From Eledone cirrhosa (taxonomy: Eukaryota), in contig OZ024740.1 in NCBI GenBank assembly GCA_964016885.1, positions 366,358,001 to 366,422,000 of the forward strand: a DNA stretch of 64,000 nucleotides, given 5' to 3'. A program made the translations under genes and the position numbers. This document shows positions 52,629 through 64,000 of the stretch, piece after piece; the first letter of the stretch is position 1, and each line of letters opens with the position of its first letter. The notes below the pieces were generated by a model. The model worked only from the letters and a program-made list of their open reading frames with translations. It had not been told where the DNA came from and searched no databases.

Positions 52629-52679
<51 letters not shown>

Positions 52680-53393
52680 TCATCATCATCATCATTTTAC
52701 GTTCGCTTTTCCCTGCTTGCAAGGGTGGGACGGGAACTGATTCTGGCTTGATTTCTACAGCTGGATGCCCTTCCTAACACCAACCTCATTTACAGTGAGT
52801 GCTGGGTGCTTTTTTGCCGTGGCACCTCCATGACCACTTTGCAGTGGAATGATAGGGACCCCAGTCCCTATCATCTCATTTCTACAGCTGAGTAAACTGG
52901 AGCAATGTGAAATAAAGTGTCTTGCTTAAGGAAACAACACATCACCCGGTCTGAGAATTGAACTCACAACATATATATATATATATATACATACACACAT
53001 ATACACACACACACACATATATATATATAGAGAGAGTGATGAGATGTTACTAGTTAAGGCCAGTAAGGTCATTATTTAATGTAAAACACCTTACTTAAGG
53101 AAAGTTGTGTGTCATATAAATACAGTATTGGTATAACATCTGCCAGAACAAAAGCATTATGAACAACAATAATAATTGTTTCTACTTTAAGCACAAGGCC
53201 AGCAATTTGAAGGGGAGGGGAAAGTCGATTAAATCGATCCCAATATATTTCTGGTGCTTTATTTTATCAACCCCATAAGGATGAAAGGCAAAGCTAACTT
53301 CGGCAGTATTTGAACTCAGAACGTAAAGGGCCATAACTCCATGCTGCAAAGCATGTTGTCTGACATTCTACCTATATTGCTAATACACCACCC

Positions 53394-53437
<44 letters not shown>

Positions 53438-53438
53438 T

Positions 53439-53785
53439 GAAAAATTGAGCAAGTATAAGGACCTGGAGATAGAAATTGGAAAAATGTGGAAATTGAGAAC
53501 TAAAACAATACCAGTGGTTGTAGGCACTCTAGGAATGATACCTAAGGGGGCTAATGATTACTTATCACAAATCCCAGGAGTATAGGAGAAATATAAAAGA
53601 CAGTACTAATGGGAACTGCCCATATACTAAGGAAGATTCTGTCTAAACACCTAAAGATGCATGTGTGTGTGTATCTGTGTTCTTTCTTGAACATGGCGGA
53701 CCTTGTTGTCTCTTGAGGTCACTGGTTGTGACTTGGTGATAACTCGTATGAACATAAAGCAAGATAAATGCAACTGTAATAATAA
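53439..53785 (+). mobile_element. R4/Dong-like LINE 3' fragment in (TAA)n
   Basis: EKLSKYKDLEIEIGKMWKL.TKTIPVVVGTLGMIPK...VLMGTAHILRKIL (restriction-like endonuclease C-terminus); TAA repeats on both sides. Confidence 0.75.
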
Positions 53786-54199
53786 TGCTTTCTTTATTAT
53801 TATTACAGTTGCATTTATCTTGCTTTATGTTCATCCGAGTTATCACCAAGTAATAATAATAATGTTTCTATTTTGGCACAAGGCCAACAATTACCCCAGT
53901 GCATAACTGGTACTTTATTTTATCGACCCCGTAAAGATGAAAGGCAAAGTTAACCTCAGAGGAATTTGAACTCAGAATGTAAAGAGCCGTAACTCTATGC
54001 TGCAAAGCATGGCGTCTGACCTTCTACCAATACTGAATATAATGTCTGTTTTCCCTGCTAGCAAAGATTCAACAAATCTTCACTGAAGATGGTCTACTGA
54101 CATCACAGACAGTCTGGGAGCTGGCATTCCCACTTACATACAGTCCCACACTCTACCGAGTGCATTTTATTGTGGTGCTAGGGAGATTGACATAATGCC

Positions 54200-55520
54200 A
54201 ATCCACACAGTCTTTTGCATATCCACTGCATTCATTGCCCATATCTCACAACCATGCAACATCACACATCACACACAGGTGTCTTACAGTTTGCCTGCTA
54301 TTTACAAAGGTAGTTGCTCCCTTAACTTTTGCCATCCTGTTCTTACTCTAGCTACAATGCCCTCAGAACACCTCCCTTCACTGCTAATTAGAACACCAAG
54401 GTAGCACAGGCTATTAAACACTTCTATGGATTCTTCCTGAGATTAGAAGATGCTCTTATGACCAACTATCCCTGTGCATCTGCTATATACAAAGTTTACT
54501 TTTTCTGTTAGTCAGCCTGCCTACCACAACACCTCTTGTGCATTCAAGATTTACATTGTTTACATTGTAAATCTTGAATATTTCTGCAAACTCCTTTTCT
54601 ACATCAGCAAGGTCACTTCACTGATGTAATCAGAATCCTGTCTTCTTTCCTCCTTACTAAAACTTTCGTCTTTCTTTTCAATGTTTTTCTTAGTCACCTT
54701 GATTCTAAGTTCTGTTTCCACAGCTGGAATTTCTTCACTTGTTATTCTACAGATTCAGCTATAAGAACCAGATCATCAGTATACAGAAGTTCCCGTGGAC
54801 AGTGATCAGAAAGTTCTCTGTTATGGACTGGAGAATTATAATAAACAGATGTGGGCTGAGGACTGAATCCCAATGCACTCTTACATCCACCTTGAATTCC
54901 TCAACTCATTTCCTACTCTCACTTTACTGACAGCTTATTTGCACTGCTCTCACTAGCTATTCTTCTACATCTAGTTTCCATAAGGACCACCAGATCACAG
55001 ATCAAAGGCTTTCTCAAAATCAATAAAAGCTAAATATAGAGGCTTACTCTTAGTTAGGAACTTCTCTTGTAGTTGTCTCACTAAGAAGAGAGCATCTGTA
55101 GTACTCCTCTCTAGCACAAAACCAAACTGCATCTCATCTAATTTGATTATTTCCCTAATTAGCTGTACTATAACTCTTTCTGTCACTTTCATACCTTGGT
55201 CCATTAATTTTATTCCTTTATAGTTGCTCCTTTCTAGAACATCATTTTTTCACTTGCAGCAATTTATGATTGTACCACTGCACCAATTATTGGATGTGAC
55301 TCCGTCCTGCATTGCCTGATTGTCTATGTGGGTAAGTAGCTCAACTTCTACTTCCCCAGATGCATTCAGTAATTCAGCAGCTATCTCAGACATTACCATT
55401 TTTGTTACCATTTTTTCCCCTTGATTGCTTCTTTGTCAATTTTGATAGTTGGCCCCACTGCTGGGCAGTCTCATGTGTATCTAGCTTCTCCTCCCTTTCA
55501 TCATATGCATCACATAAGGC
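54200..55520 (-). mobile_element. Decayed RTE LINE RT region
   Basis: ORF 54995-55204 MQFGFV..RSTTDALFLVRQLQEK...FIDFEKAFD, homologous to 28191-29057. Confidence 0.85.
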
Positions 55521-55610
55521 TTTCCTGAACCTATATTTAACAGAAAGTTCCTATATATATATACCTATCACTTTCTCTGTATCTAAATATTGATCTAACT
55601 ATTATCTGTG

Positions 55611-56557
55611 TGACTACCTACCAACCAACCTACCTACCTACCAACCAACCTACCTACGTACGTACCAACCTACCTACCTACCAACCTACCTACCAACCTA
55701 CCAACCTACCTACCTACGTACCAACCTACCAACCTATCTACCTACCAACCTACCAACCTACCAACCTACCAACCTACCTACCAACCTACCTACCTACCTA
55801 CCTACGTACCAACCTACCAACCTATCTACCTACCAACCTATCTACCTACCAACCTACCAACCTACCTACCTACGTACCAACCTACCAACCTATCTACCTA
55901 CCAACCTACCAACCAACCTACCAACCTACCAACCTACCAACCTACCAACCTACCTACCTACCAACCTACCTACCTACATACCAACCTACCAACCTATCTA
56001 CCTACCAACCTACCAACCTACCAACCAACCTACCAACCTACCTACCTACCTACCTACCTAATGACCAACCTATCTACCTACCAACCTACCAACCTACCAA
56101 CCTACCTACCTACCTACCAACCTACCAACCTACCTACCTACCAACCTACCTACCTATGTACCTACCAACCTACCAACCTACCAACCTACCAACCTACCAA
56201 CCTACCTACCTACCAACCTACCTACCTATGTACCAACCAACCTACCAACCTACCAACCTACCAACCTACCTACCTACCAACCTACCAACCTACCTACCTA
56301 CGTACCAACCTACCTACCTACCTACCAACCAACCAACCTACCTACATACCAACCTACCTACCTACCTACCAACCTACCTACCTACCTACCAACCTACCAA
56401 CCTACCAACCTACCAACCAACCTACCAAACTACCTACCTACCTACCTACCTACCTACCTACCTACCTACCAACCTACCTACCTACCTACCTACCTACCAA
56501 CCTACCAACCTACCTACCTACCTACCTACCTACCTACCTACCTACCTATCTATCTAT
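55611..56557. repeat. (ACCT)n/(ACCA)n compound microsatellite
   Basis: Direct reading. Confidence 0.97.
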
Positions 56558-56850
56558 ACCCCTTCTCTGTGCTCCTGAGGAAAAGGGTTGCACACTTTTT
56601 CGGGGGTGTGTGCGACCCCCCAAGGCGCCTCCTCTCTATTGAGGATTTTGTTATAAATTTTATTTTTTGTTATATTTTATAACAAGATCCTCTATTGAGG
56701 ATTTTGTTATAATTCTATTTTTTGTTATATTTTATTTTATTTTTATATATTGTTATTGCCTCCTCCTTATTGAGGACGCCTTGTTTTGTAAACTCCCCCC
56801 ATTGTACTTGTCCCACTTTTGATGCCCTTGTGGCAAATAAAAGAAACATA
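56558..56850 (+). mobile_element. 5'-truncated copy (3' UTR only) of the downstream Tx1 element
   Basis: Matches 62362-62600 with an extra internal duplication; ends AATAAAAGAAACATA(TCTA)n. Confidence 0.92.
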
Positions 56851-57078
56851 TCTATCTATCTATCTGGGATGGACACACGCGTATAACTTGCTGAGTAAGT
56901 TCTGTTTAAATTTCTATAGAAATTCTTGTCTGATAACTTTAATTTTTGTACCATTTTGTAGAGGGACTGCCAGGTCAAACTTTGATCTGGTCAGTCTATC
57001 AAAATATTCTACGCCTTTAGACGAAATAGTTAAACAAAAAAAGTTTTTTCTTGTTGAAAAGTCAATATTTTTTTTTAA

Positions 57079-58872
57079 ATGGCCGAAGCTTCTTCACCAA
57101 AATTCGAAGGAGGAAAGGGGAAGATGAACTTACAGCTTCCCCCTGCCACTGTCACAGTAGCAGAGGTCAAGAAGAAAGGTCAGCCAGAGGAAGAATTCTC
57201 TCCACCTGTTAACCGACAACTTGACGTTGCCATGGCAACAACCCAAAGAACCAGCAGCAACAGCAATAACAACAACAATGCGACGGACGAAAACAACACC
57301 AATAACAATAACAATAACAACAACAACAAGACCAATAACGGTGACAACAACAACAATGATAACAACAACACCACCAACGACAACAACAACACAAACAAAC
57401 AAAATTTCTCCTTCGCCGAGACGACAAGGAAAACCCTCGACTATCTGCCAGTAGATATAACAAAAGCGAAGGAGCTACTGGCGGATGCGAAAAAATATAT
57501 AGTGTACGGAGAAAATGGTTCATTCACAATCCATTCCCCCCCGGAACTAAAAAGCCAGAGACTCCTAAACACGGTCATGTTTAGGACAATCTCGAACAAA
57601 AGTAAAAAACCAGCTCAACCATCACAGAGCGAGATAGAGCTGGTTTTAAAAGACGTCATGAAGGACATCACCTTCATTCAGAAGGATAGACTCTACGGGA
57701 GTCTATCCATTCTCATGAAGGACAGGGACACAGCAGTGAAACTGTCCATCAAACCAATCACATCCACCGCATACACCTTCTACCCTACGTACATGGGTAG
57801 AAGAACACAAAAAATAAAAATCCACACCATCCTGCCGATTATGGACATATGGTGGGTTTTGACAGGTTTTCTGGACCTGGAGGATGACATGCTGGTGTCC
57901 ATGGGAAAGGCATCGGGTGACGCGTTCAGTGGAACGAGCCTCGAACTTGTAGTTCAAATGAGGCCCGAAAGGATCGCCCAGATCCCTGAATGCGTCATAC
58001 TGGATGATCTAACCTTCATCAACATTACCGTTGAGGGTAGACGGCCCTCGTGTTACCTCTGCGGAACCAGAGGTCACCTGAGGGCTGTCTGTCCCCAACT
58101 TAATAAGAAAACCCCAATCCTGCCTACACCACCAACAACTGCACAACCAACACAATCACCACAACTACCACTACAAAAACAACCACCACAGCTCAAACCA
58201 AAACAAAACAATGTCCAACCCATCCCCTCCACTCAAAAAACAAAAACAATTTCCAAAACACCCGTACCGCAAACACAACCCGAAAATATACCCCTCCCCT
58301 CCAACGCGGAAGATGACCCTAGTTCGTCGTCAGACGAGGAGGAGCACTTCCACACAATCAAAAGAAAAAAAAGAAAACACACCTCAGACACACAAATGAA
58401 AAAAAACCCTCCCCAAAACATAACACTGACACCAACACAAAAGAGCTCACAACAACAGCAAACAAAAAACACCACACAAAAACAAAAACATGCATACACA
58501 TACATAAACACAAGAAACAAAAAACTGTTAAACATTGTGTACAACAACAATCTAATAAAAACACAAGGGCCTAACTTCACCCAGGCAGGGGATTTCCCCC
58601 ACCTCAAAATGATTAAGGCCCCACAGGACACCTATAAAACTTTAAAAAACAATTTTGAAGAGGACGTGGGTCACCCCTGCGTCGGGCCCATTAACCGCGT
58701 CCTCCTAAAAAACTATCCCACCCCCTTCCCAAACACCCACACAACTCCAAGCTCCCCAACCACACAACACACTGATGCCCCCACACTTCCACAAACCACC
58801 ACCCCACCCAACAACCCATCCCCCACCCTAATGGAAATTGTGCAGCCCGATACCCGGGACGCAGAGAGGTAA
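57079..58872 (+). CDS. LINE ORF1 protein (CCHC zinc knuckle, poly-Asn, Pro/Gln/Thr-rich tail)
   Basis: 597-aa open frame with CYLCGTRGHLRAVC, upstream of ORF2. Confidence 0.9.
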   Translation: MAEASSPKFEGGKGKMNLQLPPATVTVAEVKKKGQPEEEFSPPVNRQLDVAMATTQRTSSNSNNNNNATDENNTNNNNNNNNNKTNNGDNNNNDNNNTTNDNNNTNKQNFSFAETTRKTLDYLPVDITKAKELLADAKKYIVYGENGSFTIHSPPELKSQRLLNTVMFRTISNKSKKPAQPSQSEIELVLKDVMKDITFIQKDRLYGSLSILMKDRDTAVKLSIKPITSTAYTFYPTYMGRRTQKIKIHTILPIMDIWWVLTGFLDLEDDMLVSMGKASGDAFSGTSLELVVQMRPERIAQIPECVILDDLTFINITVEGRRPSCYLCGTRGHLRAVCPQLNKKTPILPTPPTTAQPTQSPQLPLQKQPPQLKPKQNNVQPIPSTQKTKTISKTPVPQTQPENIPLPSNAEDDPSSSSDEEEHFHTIKRKKRKHTSDTQMKKNPPQNITLTPTQKSSQQQQTKNTTQKQKHAYTYINTRNKKLLNIVYNNNLIKTQGPNFTQAGDFPHLKMIKAPQDTYKTLKNNFEEDVGHPCVGPINRVLLKNYPTPFPNTHTTPSSPTTQHTDAPTLPQTTTPPNNPSPTLMEIVQPDTRDAER

Positions 58873-58896
58873 GTGCCTTTTCTCTTCACCACCAAC

Positions 58897-61800
58897 ATGG
58901 CTATGCTAAGAGTAGGCTGTTTAAATGCGCGTGGCCTGGGCTCAACTTGGAAGCAAGCAATGCTTCTAAATGACCTCAGGTCACAACGTATAGATGTGAT
59001 GGTTATTTGCGAGGCCCGGATCAGCAACGTGCGACAGCTGGCCCCCACCTTTGATGACTTTGAGATGCACGCATCTCTCTGTCAGCCCGGAGGTGGGGGT
59101 GGAGTTGTCGTTCTGCTGCAAAAACATCTGGGTCTCGCAACACAGATGGTACATTTGGACCCGGAGGGTCGACTAGTGGTTCTGGACCTTGGCAGTGGTA
59201 AAGGCGGAGCGTTTAGGTTGGTAGCCGCCTACGGCCCTTTCGGGTCAATGCGGCCGGACTTCTTCCATCGTCTGGAGAGTTTTCTAGGGACGTCCCGCTC
59301 CTTGCTATTAGTGGGGGACTGGAATGGTATCCTAGATGCACGCTGGGACTACGTAGGGGCCTGCCCCGATAGAGAGGGGTGTAATAGCCTCAAAGGGTTA
59401 ATCGGTCGATTTGACCTGGCCGATAGATATCGACTAGATTTTCCGACTGCGCCAACCTGGACTTGGGCAAATCGTAGCGGATCATCTAGGTCGTACCTAG
59501 ATAGGTTCTTAGTTAGAATTAAGGATAAGGACTTTTTAAGTTGTCCAAAAATGCGCATGGTTGGCTATTCAGACCACAAATTAGTGACCTGCATGGTCAA
59601 CCTTGACAGAACTCATAGACAGGGCCCCGGTTACTGGAAGCTCAACTTGTCCTTGCCGGCAAGTAGAGCCTACAGGAATCGGATTAGTACGTTAGTTAAG
59701 GAACGGTTGACTGGAGCGATCGTCAACAGCAGGTGGTGGGTATCTCTAAAGAGAGAGATTAGAGTAGTCTCGATAGAATTTAGTAAGGTTCTAGCTGCGG
59801 ATAGGAATAGGAAGGAAAGGGAGCTAATAGATAGAGTAGAAGAGGCAATTAGAAGCGGCGACGTGGCCAGAGTGCTAGCGTCGAGAACGGCTTTGAGCCA
59901 GTTTTTCGACGCGAAGCACGAAGGCTGCGTTGTCCGAAGTAAAATACGTGCTCTAGGGAACGAGGGGACCAAAGCTGTTAGCTGGGCCCGCGTGACAGAG
60001 GCCAACAGTGGAACTAAATCCACCATCCGGTCTTTGCGAGACCTGGATGGACGGGCGATTCTTGAGCCTAAGCAGATGTGTGAGGCCTTTCAAAGGCACT
60101 TTGCCCGACTGTTCGGGAGGGGCGGGGAGCCGGTTGGGAACGTGGACTTCGGTCCATACCTCGACGGCCTGCCGCGCCTCTCGGACAGGGAGGCGAAGTC
60201 CTGCGAGGAGCCGATTTCGGCCGCTGAGATAGAGGACGTGCTGAGCCAATGCGGCAAACGCAAATCCCCGGGTCTCGATGGTCTTCCTTACGAATTATAT
60301 CTAGCTATGCCGGACTTGTTCCCCGATCTCCTCGAGGCGGTCTACTGCAACTGGCAACAGAACGGGAGAATTCCCTGTACTGTGACCAAGGGCGTAGTCA
60401 CGCTAGTGAGGAAGGACGAGAACAAGGGGGACGAAATAAGTAACTTCAGGCCCATAACACTGCTAAATACAGAGTTACAGATTTTGGCCAAGGTGCTAGC
60501 AAAGAGGTTGGCGCTTGTCGTGGGCAACCTGGTGGGAGATGCGCAGACATGCGCTATCCCGTCCAGGTCCATCCATGACAACCTCCACCTCATGCGATAC
60601 ATCATAGAGAGGGTTGGGAACGAACCCGGCTTTGGTGGGGCTCTGATCAACTTGGATCAATCTAAGGCGTTCGATAGGGTCGACCATGGTTACCTGGATG
60701 CGGTGCTGGCGGCGGCAGGCTTCGGACCCGTTTTCAGGGGCTGGATCACTGCTATGCACAGCAGCCGCATCTGCTCTAGGGTCAAGGTGAACGGCTACCT
60801 CTCGGAGCCGTTCAAAATCGCGCGGTCCATCCGACAAGGGTGCCCTCTCTCCTCCCTTCTGTATGTGTTGACTCTCGAGCCACTATTGCGGAAGTTGGAG
60901 TTGTTGCAGGGCATCCCTTTGGAACCGGGATTGCGGAAAGCGGTGTCGGCCTACGCCGATGACGTGACAGTAATGGTGTCGACGGCCTCCGAAATCGAGG
61001 CGGTCGGCACCTTACTGGAGGAGTACGAAAAGTTCACAGGGGCTAAGCTGAACCGGGACAAGTCGATCGGTTTGCAGCTCGGCACGTGGAGGGGCAGACC
61101 GATGCCCTCCGATGGCGTCGTCGGACGCTGGACGGAGGGCCCGGTGAAGTTGCTCGGGGTCTGGTTCGGACCGGACCTCCAGGTGGAGAAAAACTGGGCG
61201 GAGGTTACGAACAGGGTGTTTGCACTGACCCAGAAGTGGGCCAGTTGCAAACTATCCCTGAAAGGTCGGGCGGAGGTGGCGAACACCTACATAGCGTCCG
61301 TCATCTACTACCGCCTGACCGTAGTGCCCTGCCCAAGGGAAACCCTCACCAAGATGGAGCGCGCGCTCTTCCAATTCCTTTGGAAGAGGCGGGCTCCTAT
61401 GGTGAGGAGATCCATCTGCTGTCAACACCCTTCGAAAGGAGGGCTGGGGATGGCGTGGCTAATGATGCGTAAACACGCATTAAGGCTACGGCACCTCTAC
61501 GTATTCCTCACCGGACAACCGGTGTGGGCCTCGTTTGTGAGACGAACCTTTCCCAGACTCGTCTCACTCACCGAGCTGCAATCCTGGGTCAAGCAAAGAC
61601 CGAGAAAACTGGGCGCCTGGCACACTGAGTGTGCCCAGGCGCTCACTGCCCTCTGGCAGGCGGATCCGGTTATCAGTGGAGACTCCACCGCAACATTCTA
61701 TAGAGGGCTGGTACGCAGCAGGTGCGACGACGCCCTCGGAGAAGCCCTAGACATGGAGGAGGACGAACTGGCCAGCCTGTTCGGTAGGACATTCAGCCCG

Positions 61801-62142
61801 GGACCTATGGACAACTTCCAGAAGTCCCTGGCCTGGCAGTGCTACCGAGGGGCTTTACCCGTTCGAGAAAGGCTCTACAGACACGGGCGCCCGGGTAGGG
61901 ACCCCGCCAAAAAGATCTGTCCCAGATGCGTGTGCGACGAGGAAACCGTTGCACACGCATTGGTACACTGCTCGGGCGTAGCCGATCTGTGGGGCTATGT
62001 CGAACAACTGCTGTCAAGGGTGGGACCGATCCGGTTGACCACCGAGTCTATTGTAATGATCAAGCCGCCTCCCCCCTTCAAAGATGAAGCAGAGGCGGTG
62101 TTTCTGTGCGTAATAGCCATGGCGAAAGAGGTTGTATGGTGA
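58897..62142 (+). CDS. LINE ORF2: AP endonuclease, RT and C-terminal Cys/His motif (probably prematurely stopped; homology continues to 62334)
   Basis: LNARGL, GDWN, SYLDRF, SDHK, GPGYWKLN, KSPGLDGLPYE, NFRPITLLN, LDQSKAFDRV, RQGCPLS, AYADD, CPRC...ETVAHALVHC. Confidence 0.95.
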   Translation: MAMLRVGCLNARGLGSTWKQAMLLNDLRSQRIDVMVICEARISNVRQLAPTFDDFEMHASLCQPGGGGGVVVLLQKHLGLATQMVHLDPEGRLVVLDLGSGKGGAFRLVAAYGPFGSMRPDFFHRLESFLGTSRSLLLVGDWNGILDARWDYVGACPDREGCNSLKGLIGRFDLADRYRLDFPTAPTWTWANRSGSSRSYLDRFLVRIKDKDFLSCPKMRMVGYSDHKLVTCMVNLDRTHRQGPGYWKLNLSLPASRAYRNRISTLVKERLTGAIVNSRWWVSLKREIRVVSIEFSKVLAADRNRKERELIDRVEEAIRSGDVARVLASRTALSQFFDAKHEGCVVRSKIRALGNEGTKAVSWARVTEANSGTKSTIRSLRDLDGRAILEPKQMCEAFQRHFARLFGRGGEPVGNVDFGPYLDGLPRLSDREAKSCEEPISAAEIEDVLSQCGKRKSPGLDGLPYELYLAMPDLFPDLLEAVYCNWQQNGRIPCTVTKGVVTLVRKDENKGDEISNFRPITLLNTELQILAKVLAKRLALVVGNLVGDAQTCAIPSRSIHDNLHLMRYIIERVGNEPGFGGALINLDQSKAFDRVDHGYLDAVLAAAGFGPVFRGWITAMHSSRICSRVKVNGYLSEPFKIARSIRQGCPLSSLLYVLTLEPLLRKLELLQGIPLEPGLRKAVSAYADDVTVMVSTASEIEAVGTLLEEYEKFTGAKLNRDKSIGLQLGTWRGRPMPSDGVVGRWTEGPVKLLGVWFGPDLQVEKNWAEVTNRVFALTQKWASCKLSLKGRAEVANTYIASVIYYRLTVVPCPRETLTKMERALFQFLWKRRAPMVRRSICCQHPSKGGLGMAWLMMRKHALRLRHLYVFLTGQPVWASFVRRTFPRLVSLTELQSWVKQRPRKLGAWHTECAQALTALWQADPVISGDSTATFYRGLVRSRCDDALGEALDMEEDELASLFGRTFSPGPMDNFQKSLAWQCYRGALPVRERLYRHGRPGRDPAKKICPRCVCDEETVAHALVHCSGVADLWGYVEQLLSRVGPIRLTTESIVMIKPPPPFKDEAEAVFLCVIAMAKEVVW

Positions 62143-62600
62143 ACGCGTCTGAAAGGACTGAGGTCAGGCACCTTTCTCTCTGGCCAACAACTGGTCCGTT
62201 TCTTCCGATATCATTTCGGAAGAAGGATCAGGATGGAGAGAGAGGTGCTGCACCCCAGCCGTTTCTATGAAAGATGGGTGAAAGTGGCGAGAATGGCCCG
62301 TGTGAATGGGCCTTCACTCTACATCAGAATATAGGTGAGGAAGATGAAAGACCAAGGGAGCACCCCTTCTCTGTGCTCCCGAGGAGAAGGGTTGCACACT
62401 TTTTTCGGGGGTGTGTGCGACCCCCCAAGGCGCCTCCTCTCTATTGAGGATTTTGTTAAAAATTTTATTTTTTGTTATATCTTATTTTATTTTTATATTT
62501 TGTTATTGCCTCCTCCTTATTGAGGACGCCTTTTTGTGTAAACTCCCCCCTTTGTACTTGTCCCACTTTTGATGCCCTAGTGGCAAATAAAAGAAACATA

Positions 62601-64000
62601 TCTACCTACCTACCTACCTACCTACCTACCAACCTACCAACCTACCTACCTACCAACCTATCTACCTACCTAACTACCAACCTACCAACCTACCTACCTA
62701 CCTACCTACCAACCTACCAACCTACCAACCTACCTACCAACCTACCTACCTACCAACCTATCTACCTACCTACCTACCAACCTACCTACCTACCTACCTA
62801 CCTACCTACCTACCTACCTACCTACCAACCTACCAACCTACCTACCTACCTACCTACCAACCTACCAACCTACCAACCTACCTACCTACCTACCAACCTA
62901 CCAACCTACCAACCTACCTACCAACCTACCAACCTACCTACCTACCTACCTACCAACCTACCAACCTACCAACCTACCTACCTACCTACCTACCAACCTA
63001 CCAACCTACCAACCTACCTACCTACTTACCTACCTACCAACCTACCTACCTACCAACCTATCTACCTACCTACCTACCTACCTACCTACCTACCAACCTA
63101 TCTACCTACCTACCTACCTACCTACCTACCTACCTACCTACCAACCTATCTACCTACCTACCTACCTACCTACCTACCTACCAACCTACCTACCTACCTA
63201 CCTACCTACCTACCTACCAACCTACCTACCTACCTACCTACCTACCTACCAACCTACCAACCTACCAACCTACCTACCAACCTACCTACCAACCTATCTA
63301 CCTACCTACCTACCAACCTACCAACCTACCTACCTACCAACCTACCTACCAACCTATCTACCTACCTACCTACCTACCAACCTACCTACCTACCTACCTA
63401 CCTACCTACCTACCAACCTACCCGCCTACCTACCTACCAACCTACCTACCTACCAACCTATCTACCTACCTACCTACCTACCTACCTACCAACCTATCTA
63501 CCTACCTACCTACCTACCTACCTACCTACCTACCTACCTACCAACCTACCTACCTACCAACCTACCTACCTACCTACCTACCTACCTACCTACCTACCTA
63601 CCTACCTACCTACCAACCTACCAACCTACCTACCTACCTACCTACCTACCTACCTACCAACCTACCCGCCTACCTACCTACCAACCTACCTACCTACCTA
63701 CCTACCTACCTACCAACCTACCTACCTACCTATCTACCTACCAACCTACCTACCTACCTACCTACCAACCTACCAACCTACCTACCTACCTACCTACCTA
63801 CCTACCTACCTACCAACCTACCCGCCTACCTACCTACCAACCTACCTACCTACCTACCTACCTACCTACCTACCTACCAACCTACCTACCTACCTATCTA
63901 CCTACCAACCTACCTACCTACCAACCTACCTACCTACCAACCTATCTACCTACCTACCTACCTACCTACCTACCTACCAACCTACCCGCCTACCTACCTA
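62601..64000. repeat. (ACCT)n/(ACCA)n compound microsatellite, open at the window end
   Basis: Direct reading, >1.4 kb. Confidence 0.97.

Larger units (their letters stand above)
56866..62600 (+). mobile_element. Apparently full-length Tx1-clade (L1 group) non-LTR retrotransposon
   Basis: 5' UTR, ORF1, ORF2 and 3' UTR with AATAAA; no poly(A), runs directly into (CCTA)n. Confidence 0.92.

Noticed and set aside
55610-56642. 322-aa and 193-aa PTY/PTN-repeat proteins
   Set aside because: Translations of a stop-free tetranucleotide microsatellite
59349-62017. Antisense or alternative-frame ORFs within ORF2
   Set aside because: Expected shadows of a GC-rich coding sequence
62601-64000. Telomeric repeat
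   Set aside because: Unit is (ACCT/ACCA)n, not TTAGGG-like, and the same array occurs internally at 55.6 kb

Overview
AT-rich, microsatellite-dense animal DNA with no recognisable host gene, rRNA or true tRNA gene. The SINE/RTE/Penelope mix suggests a coleoid cephalopod (octopus-like); this is an inference. The window is a mosaic of retroelements: a nearly intact two-ORF Tx1-clade LINE inside an (ACCT)n/(ACCA)n array, many RTE-clade fragments, CR1 and R4/Dong-like 3' fragments, Penelope-like elements (PLEs) of two lineages, three tRNA-derived SINE families, and a Tc1/mariner relic plus a MITE. The most notable unannotated signal is a dense set of type-I hammerhead ribozyme (HHR) motifs, about 14 from several families, most in PLE-derived foldbacks. 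One forms a tandem retrozyme-like array at 37.1-38.4 kb with ~450-510 bp units. Each complete unit has a canonical minimal HHR and an ATGCAAAT octamer. A diverged dispersed copy at 41.9-42.3 kb shows compensatory base changes that support a conserved RNA structure. Most ORFs in the track are microsatellite artefacts. Boundaries were read by eye and are approximate.
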